IMG/VR virus record: IMGVR_UViG_3300046808_001241
Location: 124,001-188,000 of that record
DNA length: 64,000 bases
Direction: 5' to 3' (one strand)
The position numbers were made by a program, and so were the translations under genes. Of the stretch, positions 8,991-17,808 are shown in pieces. Each line of letters starts with the position of its first letter. Within the stretch, counting starts at the first letter, position 1. The notes below the pieces were generated by a model. The model saw nothing but the letters and a program-made list of their open reading frames with translations, made no database searches and was not told where the DNA came from.

Positions 8991-9727
8991 TTCGTATATT
9001 GTTTGATGATGTCACATCTTGCTACATCATCAAATTTTATATCGGTTTTGTTGCAAAATTCCTTGCAAGCGTAGTGGGAATAGTGAACAAGCGGTTTGTT
9101 CCAAAAATCATGTCTAGGAGGATCGGAAATAAAATTTCTATCTCTTGTCATTTTAATATCTTCGTCTTTGTCTATTATTTTGTCGTGATAATACAAACAG
9201 AAGAACTCTTGATCATGAAAATGTCTGAATTTTCGTTCTTTATACATTTCAATATATTTTTTTATGTTTTGTTCCGTAACACTAATAAATTTTTTGCACA
9301 AGGTTAAAAACTGCGATGGGGTTCCGCTAGCGAAACACGGACAACAATTATCCATTAGATGCAATGTGTTTTCTGGTTCGATTGGATTAAAATTGTGATT
9401 TATCACATCATAATCGCTTACATAAAATTTTTCCTCAATCTGAGTAGAATAAGCTAACCATCGAAGCCAGCAACTTAAACCATATTTTTTTAAAGGCATT
9501 CCTGCAATTTCTTGATGAAGTCTGGTTGTTTCTGCAACAAATTCTTTATAAAAATCTGCTTTCTCAGCATCCTTCCTTGTTAGTACAATTGGCTCAAACC
9601 CGTGATCTTTCCAAGAATTCTCCCAAAGAGCAACCAACTCATCTTGATTTTGGAAATTAATGTTTTCGTAATATGTATAGATTTTCATTTCAGTATGTGT
9701 ATTTAAACGTTTTAATGTCCCATTCAA
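8987..9727 (-). CDS. Putative GT-A fold glycosyltransferase (real start probably MKIY at 9688)
   Basis: W..SW..HG..P.VL, CWLRWLAY, DxD motif YVSDYDVIN, later HDQE. Confidence 0.6.
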   Translation of the reverse strand: MNGTLKRLNTHTEMKIYTYYENINFQNQDELVALWENSWKDHGFEPIVLTRKDAEKADFYKEFVAETTRLHQEIAGMPLKKYGLSCWLRWLAYSTQIEEKFYVSDYDVINHNFNPIEPENTLHLMDNCCPCFASGTPSQFLTLCKKFISVTEQNIKKYIEMYKERKFRHFHDQEFFCLYYHDKIIDKDEDIKMTRDRNFISDPPRHDFWNKPLVHYSHYACKEFCNKTDIKFDDVARCDIIKQYTK

Positions 9728-10325
9728 AAAGATTATAAATTAAATTTTTTGTTTCTTCGTCGTAAAAATCCTTGTAGTCTTTTCTAACTATATATTTCTC
9801 CGAATTGTTTAAGTGTGGAACATCTATCTCTGAAGTAAATTGTAGCTTGTCTTTAATCAAAGAAAATTCTTCTTTTAAGTTTTCTAACTTGATGACACAA
9901 TCCAAAGAAAACGTGTCTTCTAATACCATGTAGGGGTTGGTCGTTAGCTCAGAATTAAAATTTTTCTTAAAATATTTAAAAGCAAATTCTTTAAACGTCA
10001 TTTGTTTAGAATCTTTGACGTATTTGGGCATTTTAAATTGATCTGCTCTTTTAAGAAAATATTCATATTCTTTGTGCCTAGTATGATTGTAAAAAGAGAC
10101 GGCTCGATCCCAAGGATTACGTATTACAGAAAACTTAAAAAACTCGCCTGGATCAAGTCCAAACGTTTTGATCTTGTCTACATGCATTTTTAAAGATCCA
10201 TGTTTAAACTTATGAACTTGTGGATATTTTTCCCTCAATTTTAAAAACCCTAACATCTCTTCAATGGATGTACCTCCGCATTTAGGAGGGTGAGTAAAAA
10301 TAATCTTTTTGTTTAAGTCGTACAT
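9690..10325 (-). CDS. Sulfotransferase (Sulfotransfer_2/carbohydrate sulfotransferase-like)
   Basis: 5'-PSB motif IFTHPPKCGGTSIE and 3'-PB motif FSVIRNPWDRAVSFY. Confidence 0.85.
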   Translation of the reverse strand: MYDLNKKIIFTHPPKCGGTSIEEMLGFLKLREKYPQVHKFKHGSLKMHVDKIKTFGLDPGEFFKFSVIRNPWDRAVSFYNHTRHKEYEYFLKRADQFKMPKYVKDSKQMTFKEFAFKYFKKNFNSELTTNPYMVLEDTFSLDCVIKLENLKEEFSLIKDKLQFTSEIDVPHLNNSEKYIVRKDYKDFYDEETKNLIYNLFEWDIKTFKYTY

Positions 10326-11195
10326 TTATCTTATAAATGTTTTAAACAAAAGCTCGTCCCAATACGTTCTGTTTTTAAATGTTGTCTGTGCTTCTAATGA
10401 GAGTTGTTCGAAATTTATTTTCTTGTTTGATGTTTCGTTTTTTGTTAAAGTATCCCAAGCGCGTCTTTCAATTTGAGCAATATCAAAGCCGTAGCATACT
10501 AAAAACGTTTCTTGAAGTGCTTTGTCCGTTTCCTTAATATGAAACACGTGAAATTGTTTTAACATTTCCACTGTTTGTTGATATAAATCTTCGTTTATAG
10601 GAGTTGAATTGTTAGTGTTATTTAGATTACGAATCAACCAACTGTCTTCCAGTTCTTCTGATAACACATAATCCTCAAACGTGAGCGATTTAATCTTTCC
10701 GTGAGTTCGTTCATGAGCCGACAGATCAGACGTAATGTAGTTGTAAAATGACTGTGCTCTTAAAAACGGTTCTCTTAAAATTATAAACTGATGTAAATCA
10801 TAATTTTTTGCTAGCTTTGTTATTTCATCTCTACAACTAAAACCACGAGCTTCGATAATAATTCCAAACAAAAAAACATTTGCTAGCAGATTTTCGTTTA
10901 AATTATTAATATCAATATCCCATTCTGTATTAGAATGTTTTTTGTCAAAAACATTAAGAGTTTCACAAAAATAATTTGGATCCCCAATTAAAAATTTTGC
11001 AACTATAAATTCGTTGCTTTTAATCTGTAAACACTTGATAGAATCTTGATTAAGAGAGAAATTTTTTAGCCAATCTGTATAAATTCTTCTATAATACCTA
11101 AAGGACATTAACATCCAATCAGAAACATATGTTCCTGCATTTTTTGGTATATGATAAAAGACTGGTATTTTACGCTTTTGGATTGCAAGTTTCAT
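10326..11195 (-). CDS. Second sulfotransferase
   Basis: VFYHIPKNAGTYV and IILREPFLRAQSFYNY. Confidence 0.8.
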   Translation of the reverse strand: MKLAIQKRKIPVFYHIPKNAGTYVSDWMLMSFRYYRRIYTDWLKNFSLNQDSIKCLQIKSNEFIVAKFLIGDPNYFCETLNVFDKKHSNTEWDIDINNLNENLLANVFLFGIIIEARGFSCRDEITKLAKNYDLHQFIILREPFLRAQSFYNYITSDLSAHERTHGKIKSLTFEDYVLSEELEDSWLIRNLNNTNNSTPINEDLYQQTVEMLKQFHVFHIKETDKALQETFLVCYGFDIAQIERRAWDTLTKNETSNKKINFEQLSLEAQTTFKNRTYWDELLFKTFIR

Positions 11196-11982
11196 TTAAC
11201 CAGTAGTTGTATTCTGGGCACGTGACAATATCTGCTAAAGAAGTATCTTTACAACCGTGATGAACTACTGCCTCTGGATAGATCGGTTCATCATATGTTA
11301 CTACTCCATTCAAATCTCCATTATCCTCGCCTTTAATCATATAAGGATTTGTGTGAATTTTATAATTTAATGTTCTGAATCCTTGCTGAATAAGTTTTGT
11401 ATCAGCAGTATGCGGCATTATTTCCCATTGTGTAACGACATCAAAAGCAGTTGGGAGCTGATCAACATATTGCCAGATAGTGCAAATTTCATCGACTCTT
11501 GGAGGATATACGGCAGTTCCTTGCAAGTGTTCTGCAATATTAATTATATATTCATCTTTTGTTACAGTAGTTGTATTTTGAATAGTACCAAAACATGGTT
11601 TGCCACATTTGTGATATGCTTCTTCTAAAACATCTGCCCATTTTGGTTTTAATGCTATACAATCAAGCTCCATCCAAAACCATGGCTGCTTGTTATCGAT
11701 TTCTTTTAAATATTCGATTGTATATTTCCAATAACAATTTGGACCTTGTGGCCAGCCACTTGTCCCATCTCCTTGTTTAAACAAATGCAGATTTGCTTTA
11801 TTAGGAAATTGATCTTTGATTAGATCAAAAACAGAACGAGCAAAGTGCTTGTCAGAAGGACGAGACACGACAAGCAATTCGTGATTCGTATATAAACCGA
11901 AGTGTCTTAGGCTCTTTATGAAACCTAAGACACTTAAAGGTTTTTGAAATTCGTAAGATGAAACAGGAACAATTATAAGCAT
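11170..11982 (-). CDS. Putative glycosyltransferase-like protein
   Basis: GWPQGPN..W and WFWMELDC (DxD-like) motifs; heads the operon with AATAAATA at 11988-11995. Confidence 0.5.
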   Translation of the reverse strand: MLIIVPVSSYEFQKPLSVLGFIKSLRHFGLYTNHELLVVSRPSDKHFARSVFDLIKDQFPNKANLHLFKQGDGTSGWPQGPNCYWKYTIEYLKEIDNKQPWFWMELDCIALKPKWADVLEEAYHKCGKPCFGTIQNTTTVTKDEYIINIAEHLQGTAVYPPRVDEICTIWQYVDQLPTAFDVVTQWEIMPHTADTKLIQQGFRTLNYKIHTNPYMIKGEDNGDLNGVVTYDEPIYPEAVVHHGCKDTSLADIVTCPEYNYWLNETCNPKA

Positions 11983-12009
11983 GGGCTTATTTATTTTCCT
12001 TGTTTTAAA

Positions 12010-12711
12010 TTACAATTCGATTCCTGCTCCAGAATTATAAAGAGAAGAAACTTCTCCTAATGTAAGAGCCCTATTCCAGATACCAACTGCGTCAACCAAT
12101 CCTTTTCCATTTTGGCCGTCTCCTGCTCCTAAAACGAAGCTCGAGTCTTGAAATGCGTCCCCTGTGTTTTCCGTATGAAAGAGCTGTCCGTCTACATATA
12201 TTTTAACTTCCCCGATTGTGGAATCATGAGAAAGAACAGCATGCACCCAAACGTTCGAAGCTAAACTTCTCGAAGGTTCATTTCCTGTGGAAGGAAGATA
12301 AAAAGCCAAACGTCCGCCAGTATAACTATCAGCATAAACAGACGTTCCGAATGCTTTTACTACACACAAAGGAAACTCTTCAATTCCGTTTCTATTAATC
12401 CAGCAAGAATATGAGCCAGATGAGCCTGTTACAATAGAGGCAATTTGAGCTTCTAGTGTTTGATTTCCTTGTAGATTTGCTGCATTTCCGATCTTTCCAG
12501 AAGAGAAAGTTACTCCACCATTATTGGTAAGAGTATTTCCGTTTCCAGAAGAATCTGAAGTGTCGCTGAGTCTATAAAAAGCCTGAAGACCGCTCGATAA
12601 GCCGCCTCCTCCACCGCCTCCACCATAGCCATAGCTAGAGGAAACTACTCGCATTTTGCCAGTAGATGTAAATTTAACTTTTGCTGCAGATCGTATATTT
12701 AAAAGTGCCAT
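12010..12711 (-). CDS. LamG/ConA-like domain protein
   Basis: LQAFYRLSDTSDSSGNGNTLTN, WVHAVL, IYVDG, GLVDAVGIWNRALT.EV..LYN. Confidence 0.85.
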   Translation of the reverse strand: MALLNIRSAAKVKFTSTGKMRVVSSSYGYGGGGGGGGLSSGLQAFYRLSDTSDSSGNGNTLTNNGGVTFSSGKIGNAANLQGNQTLEAQIASIVTGSSGSYSCWINRNGIEEFPLCVVKAFGTSVYADSYTGGRLAFYLPSTGNEPSRSLASNVWVHAVLSHDSTIGEVKIYVDGQLFHTENTGDAFQDSSFVLGAGDGQNGKGLVDAVGIWNRALTLGEVSSLYNSGAGIEL

Positions 12712-12745
12712 AATGTTTATTTAATGTTTAAGTTTTGTTTTAAAA

Positions 12746-12774
12746 CCCCATACTGGGTTTGGACCAGTATGGGG
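12746..12774 (-). terminator. Rho-independent terminator
   Basis: Perfect 11-bp stem CCCCATACTGG/CCAGTATGGGG with 7-nt loop, then TTTT on the minus strand, downstream of 12800..15451. Confidence 0.8.
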
Positions 12775-12799
12775 AATTAGTTTAATTTTTTTCTACAGG

Positions 12800-15451
12800 T
12801 TAGAAGCTTCCGCCATCGAGGACGAATCCAAAAATGGTTGAAGATGTTCCGTTACCAGAAAGATCTGAGGTAAATGTAACACCGTTAGAAACATTCAATG
12901 TTCCTGTGAATGTGCCATTACGAGCAAAGATGTCTTCTGTTGCAGAGATTGAACCAACAACTGTTAACTCTTCGTTAGGAGTTTCAGTGCCGATACCAAC
13001 CAATCCGCCATCAACAAACAACGTAGCATCACCGGTACCGCCGCCAATTTCTAAACCACCAGCAGCAGTAATTGTGCCGGAAGCAGAAATGTTGCTAGCT
13101 ACGGTAAGTTCGCCAGTAAGATCCCCACCCGAAAGAGGAAGGAAATTAGCGTGAACGTAGTTGGTTGCACTTGCTGCGTTTGAATCGATTGCAGCTGAAA
13201 GAGCAGCAACGTCAGAAACGCGAGCAGACTCTTCGGCGTCAATAGCAGCATCAAGGGTTGCAGATACTGAAGCAACTGTTGAGTTTAAGGTAGCAACTTC
13301 TGAAGCAATTGAGCTTTCAAGAGCAGCAACTTCTGAGTCAACAGATGCTGACAATGAATCGATTTTCGAATCAAGGGTAGCTGAAACAGATGCTAATTCT
13401 GTAGTGGCAGCATTCGCAAGGTTGGTGATGGCGTTGTTTAAATCGCCGTCAGCAGCTTGGAAGGCACTTACAATTTCAGTTAAGGAATCAAGGGCAGCAG
13501 GGTCAACATTGCTAAGAATGCTGTTGATTTGACCTTGGAGATCACCAGAAACTGCAACTACTGTTGAGTTAAGGGTGCTTACTTCTGAATCAATCTTTGA
13601 GTCAAGAGCAGCAGAAACAGATTGAACTGTTGAGTTCAATGTAGCAACTTCTGAAGCAATTGAGCTTTCAAGAGCAGTAACTTCTGAGTCAACAGAAGCT
13701 GAAAGGCTTGAAACTCGACCATCAACGTAGCTCTTGGTTGTAGCAGCATTAGCAGCAACAGGCTCAGCAACAAAGACTTGGCCAGTAGCAGAGATGTCAC
13801 CGACAACTGTTAACTCTTCATTAGGAGTTTCAGTGCCAATACCAACCATACCACCACCAACATACAATGTAGCGTCACCAGCACCACCAGCACCAATTTC
13901 CAACCCACCAGCAGCAGTAATTGTGCCGGAAGCTGAGACGTTGCCTGTTACAGTAACTCCGCCAGTAAGATCTCCACCCGAAAGAGGGAGGAAATTAGCA
14001 TGGCTGTAGTCTTTACCAGCTTGGTCACCAGCAGCGAGATCGCTTGCGAGTGTAGCTGAAACAGAGGCCAATGTGGTTTCAATAGCAGAGTCTGCAGCAA
14101 TACGTGCAGCTTCTTCAGTTGAAATATCACCTTTGAGCTCAGCTGAGAGAGCTTCGATTGCAGCAGTTGAGTTAGTGTCAATAGCGTCAATCTGGGATTG
14201 GAGATCGCTAGAAACGGAAACAACTGTTGATTCGAGAGCAGAGTCAGCAGCAATTCTTGCAGCCTCTTCAGCGGCAATAGCAGCTTCGAGAGTTGAAGAA
14301 ACAGAAACAACTGTTGAATTTAGAGTTGAAACTTCTGAATCAATTTTTGAATCAAGACTAGCTGAAACAGATGCTAAGTTTGTTGAAGCACTGTTAGCTA
14401 ATGAAGTGATAGCACCATTAAGGTCGCTGTCAGCAGCTTGGAAAGCTGAGACGATTTCAGTCAATGAATCAAGAGCAGCAGGATCAACGTTCGAAAGAAC
14501 ATTGTCAATTTGGCCTTGAAGATTGCTTGAAACTGAAGCAACTGTTGTGTTTAATATAGCAACTTCTGAAGCAATTGTGCCTTCAAGAGTTGTAACTTCT
14601 GAGTCAATCTTGGAATCAAGAGTTGCTGAAACAGAAGCCATTGTGGACTCGATAGCAGAATCAGCAGCAATACGAGCAGCCTCTTCAGCAGCAATTGCTG
14701 CTTCGAGAGTCGATGAAACTGAAACGACTGTTGAGTTTAATGTCGAAACTTCTGAATCAATTTTTGAATCAAGACTAGCTGAAACCGAAGCCATGGTGGT
14801 TTCGATTGCAGAGTCAGCAGCAATACGAGCAGCTTCTTCAGAGTCGATGGCTGAATCAAGAGTAGCTGAAACTGAAGCCAGAGTTGTTTCAATGGCTGAG
14901 TCGGCAGCAATACGAGCAGCTTCTTCTGCGTCGATAGCAGCAGAGAGAGCAGCAACGTCAGCGTTGGCTCCTGATTCTAAGTTGTCGATCTGAGTTTGAA
15001 GATCGCTTGAAACTGAAACAACTGTGCTATTAATGCTAGCTAAGGTGTTTGTGAGGTTCGAAGCAAAGTTTTCATCATCACCAAGGGCAGAAGCCAACTC
15101 GTTAAGAGTATTAAGGGCTTCTGGAGCCATGTCGATAACTGCAGCAATTTCGCTAGTAATTCTAGCATCCAAAGTGGAAGAAACTGACTGAATAGTTGTA
15201 TTCAGAGTTTCAACTTCAGATGTAACTCTTGAATCAAGAGTAGAAATTTGTGATTGGAGATCACCAGTAAGCGAAGCAACCGATGAGATTGTCGCAAAAT
15301 GGCCTTCACCACCGATAGGTATTACACCGGCTTGTGAGCCGTAGTATAATACTGAATCAACTTCGTTGAATGCAAGTTCACCGCCTGATAGGGCACCGGG
15401 AGCACCAGCAGCACCAGTCAAACGACGTTTAATAAGGATTGTGTTGTACAT
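12800..15451 (-). CDS. Long fibre protein: Mtd_N-like N-terminus, A/S-rich coiled-coil repeats, two VGIGTETP modules, C-terminal DGGSF
   Basis: TILIKRRLTG.AGAP..LSGGELAFNEVD; APEALNTL.ELA.ALGDD.NF; repeated AEEAARIAADSAIE; two copies of HANFLPLSGGDLTG...VGIGTETPNEELTVVG. Confidence 0.8.
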   Translation of the reverse strand: MYNTILIKRRLTGAAGAPGALSGGELAFNEVDSVLYYGSQAGVIPIGGEGHFATISSVASLTGDLQSQISTLDSRVTSEVETLNTTIQSVSSTLDARITSEIAAVIDMAPEALNTLNELASALGDDENFASNLTNTLASINSTVVSVSSDLQTQIDNLESGANADVAALSAAIDAEEAARIAADSAIETTLASVSATLDSAIDSEEAARIAADSAIETTMASVSASLDSKIDSEVSTLNSTVVSVSSTLEAAIAAEEAARIAADSAIESTMASVSATLDSKIDSEVTTLEGTIASEVAILNTTVASVSSNLQGQIDNVLSNVDPAALDSLTEIVSAFQAADSDLNGAITSLANSASTNLASVSASLDSKIDSEVSTLNSTVVSVSSTLEAAIAAEEAARIAADSALESTVVSVSSDLQSQIDAIDTNSTAAIEALSAELKGDISTEEAARIAADSAIETTLASVSATLASDLAAGDQAGKDYSHANFLPLSGGDLTGGVTVTGNVSASGTITAAGGLEIGAGGAGDATLYVGGGMVGIGTETPNEELTVVGDISATGQVFVAEPVAANAATTKSYVDGRVSSLSASVDSEVTALESSIASEVATLNSTVQSVSAALDSKIDSEVSTLNSTVVAVSGDLQGQINSILSNVDPAALDSLTEIVSAFQAADGDLNNAITNLANAATTELASVSATLDSKIDSLSASVDSEVAALESSIASEVATLNSTVASVSATLDAAIDAEESARVSDVAALSAAIDSNAASATNYVHANFLPLSGGDLTGELTVASNISASGTITAAGGLEIGGGTGDATLFVDGGLVGIGTETPNEELTVVGSISATEDIFARNGTFTGTLNVSNGVTFTSDLSGNGTSSTIFGFVLDGGSF

Positions 15452-15577
15452 ATGTTTATTTTATTTTGTCTAAGATGTTGACTTCCAAAGCCAACTAAAT
15501 TACTTATCTAGTTTGTGTTATTTTTTTAAGCCCAGATCCCGTGAAACCCCGCTTTTTATCAGGCTTGAGAAAGATTT

Positions 15578-15859
15578 TTAAAAATAACCGCCATCTCGAA
15601 CATTCAAATTAACAAGATTTTTTGGAGACAAATATCCAATAACATCTGCTGGCTGAGCTGATGTAGCCATAATAAACGTGTCTTTATCGTCGTGTTTAAA
15701 GTATTCTGGTTCGCTCAAGTCTTTAGGAGCGTTATCTATATTGAGTCTTATTAAAATTTGAGGTGCATTAGCGTTCAATGCAGACAAGTTTTGCAAAGTT
15801 GTCAAGGCTTCGTGTCGCTGTTGCGTATACTGTCTACGATTAAAAATGTCTTGACTCAT
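15578..15859 (-). CDS. Small virion protein ending in DGGYF
   Basis: C-terminus NVRDGGYF; coupled to the upstream ORF. Confidence 0.6.
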   Translation of the reverse strand: MSQDIFNRRQYTQQRHEALTTLQNLSALNANAPQILIRLNIDNAPKDLSEPEYFKHDDKDTFIMATSAQPADVIGYLSPKNLVNLNVRDGGYF

Positions 15860-16206
15860 TAGAAGTATCCTCCATCCATCATATTTACCTCTAGCAAGTT
15901 AACAGAGGAAACTGGTGTAGTATAGATAATCAAATCGTTTGGGTGATCGTCAGTATTAATTTCGTATACTTCTAGACCATCAACAATACCAACAAACGTT
16001 CTTCGCATAATAGATCCTTTGTTTTGCTCAAAGAATTCCCTTGTTTCTTTTGCGGAAGTTAATAATACTGTAGCTACAGAAGCTTGGTTTTCGTAAAATG
16101 GAATAGAAGCTGGTTGAGGAGTAAATGGAACACTTGGTGGAGGAACATAGTGATTTGCGTTCGTAACTCCTCCATAATAGCCATAAATTGCTGATTTATT
16201 TTTCAT
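15859..16206 (-). CDS. Small virion protein ending in DGGYF
   Basis: C-terminus DLIIYTT...NMMDGGYF; coupled to neighbours. Confidence 0.6.
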   Translation of the reverse strand: MKNKSAIYGYYGGVTNANHYVPPPSVPFTPQPASIPFYENQASVATVLLTSAKETREFFEQNKGSIMRRTFVGIVDGLEVYEINTDDHPNDLIIYTTPVSSVNLLEVNMMDGGYF

Positions 16207-17252
16207 TAGACGAATCCTCCTTCGTATACATCAGTCAAGTTAATAAATGGTTGGTTTGTAGTATAGATGATATCATCTTCTTCCTTACCACTGGTTTGAA
16301 TCATGAATGTTTTTGTGCCGCTTACATCAGATATTAAAGTACGCAACATAACATTATTCTTTTGATCAAGCATGTAAATTTGCTCAAGCTGTGTTGCATT
16401 CAAGTCCGGAATTCCTGCAGTCAGCGAAGCAAATTGTGTTAATATATCAAGTTCGTTCTGAGTAAATAAAGCTTGTTTTGCATACGGTCCTGGAACAGCA
16501 CTCAAACTAGTCACAGTCAAGCCTTCTGGGCATGTTGGAGGCTCTGGTGGAACAAAATGGTTTGGATTGGCGTTTAAACCTGCAGGATCCTCTGAATAAT
16601 AATCGTATATACACTTTGCAGAGTTTTGTACAGAGTCTGGATATGGTTGGAAGAGCTCTTCTGGGTTTTCACCTCCTGCAAAACGTCCATAATCCCCTCC
16701 GTCAGAAATTTGCTTGTTGTTCGGACCAGTTTCAACACCGGGCTCAAACGAATACTCATAACGTTTGCACTTCATGTACCATACATAGTGGCCCATCAAA
16801 GCATTAGTCATCGGAAGGTATTCATCATCCCTTTCAGTTATTTCATAAATCGGTGCTGATCTTCCTCCGGGCCTGTCAGCAGCATATTCCGTTAATTGAA
16901 TGAGATCTCCAGCTTTTGGTTCAAAACCACAGCCAATCTTTTCATAAAATGAAGAAATATGAACAACTGCTGTCATATCACAATCAGCCATAATGCCGAA
17001 CTTAGAAAGCATTAATGAATCGTTTGTAATATCGGTCATTATGATCAAATTTTCTACTTTTCCGAATCTGGAAGTAGGATCTTCCCCATAAAGAAAATTG
17101 TGAGAACTTATTGTATAACCGTTTGTATAGTAGGTAACAGACGTTCCATACTGCTCAATTTGTTCCTTCCACCATTTTGAGTAGTTTTCCCGCTCATTAG
17201 CGTTGTTCCGTTTGTTTAAGAAACGGATCTTGTCTGTTGAAGTTGTTAGCAT
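16206..17252 (-). CDS. gp14: Neck (head-tail adaptor) protein, T4 gp14-like, with C-terminal extension
   Basis: EQIEQYG..V.YY, LYGEDPTSRF, LSKFGIMADCD, EPKAGDLIQL, YVW.MKCKRYEYS. Confidence 0.7.
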   Translation of the reverse strand: MLTTSTDKIRFLNKRNNANERENYSKWWKEQIEQYGTSVTYYTNGYTISSHNFLYGEDPTSRFGKVENLIIMTDITNDSLMLSKFGIMADCDMTAVVHISSFYEKIGCGFEPKAGDLIQLTEYAADRPGGRSAPIYEITERDDEYLPMTNALMGHYVWYMKCKRYEYSFEPGVETGPNNKQISDGGDYGRFAGGENPEELFQPYPDSVQNSAKCIYDYYSEDPAGLNANPNHFVPPEPPTCPEGLTVTSLSAVPGPYAKQALFTQNELDILTQFASLTAGIPDLNATQLEQIYMLDQKNNVMLRTLISDVSGTKTFMIQTSGKEEDDIIYTTNQPFINLTDVYEGGFV

Positions 17253-17734
17253 CTTAATCCGTTAGGTGTCTTTAGCCATTGAAATCTAGGAATTTCATAA
17301 ATTCCTTCGTACCTGTCTTTGTCAATCGGACGAACAGTTGGCATATAAACAATCTTTCTTACTGTTCCTACAGCAAGTCTATTACTCAAAGCCTTTGCAA
17401 GCTTCATAATTTCTTCTGCAAGGAGTCCATCAACATCAACGTCCATTAAGTTCTTGTTTAATTCAATGAGAACGATTAGTTCTGACTTTTTACTTTTAGA
17501 ACCAGGATTACAAGCATTTCCTACCAAATAATAATTTTTTACTCTTTGGGGTTGGCCGCTAGTAAATTGTTCCAAGTCCGAAGTAATTTGTGCATGGATT
17601 GCTGGTAAAAGCATTGGCGGTTCCCCAGTTTCTGAAAAATAAAAGACGGTAGGATCTAATTGATTCGGTCCAATGGGAATTTTGTATACTGTTAGATAGT
17701 CAGCATATTTTTTTTCAAACAAAGGAAATGACAT
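17246..17734 (-). CDS. Nucleotidyltransferase-fold protein with degenerate active site
   Basis: LDPTVF...LLP.I..QI, LVGN...SELIV in place of GS...DxD, C-terminal EGIYEI...QWLKTP. Confidence 0.5.
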   Translation of the reverse strand: MSFPLFEKKYADYLTVYKIPIGPNQLDPTVFYFSETGEPPMLLPAIHAQITSDLEQFTSGQPQRVKNYYLVGNACNPGSKSKKSELIVLIELNKNLMDVDVDGLLAEEIMKLAKALSNRLAVGTVRKIVYMPTVRPIDKDRYEGIYEIPRFQWLKTPNGLRC

Positions 17735-17762
17735 AAAACTACTTATTAAAATTTTGCAAGAA

Positions 17763-17786
17763 AAAAGGCTCCCGAAGGAGCCTTTT
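17763..17786. terminator. Rho-independent terminator (bidirectional shape)
   Basis: AAAAGGCTCC-CGAA-GGAGCCTTTT. Confidence 0.85.
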
Positions 17787-17808
17787 CTTTAGTTATGAAA
17801 TCTTAGAC

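Noticed and set aside
12834-14993. Long plus-strand ORFs opposite the fibre gene, and similar antisense ORFs elsewhere (e.g. 4503..4847, 17813..18529, 37107..37520)
   Set aside because: They are shadow frames of low-complexity or codon-biased minus-strand genes, with no promoter, RBS or recognisable motifs.
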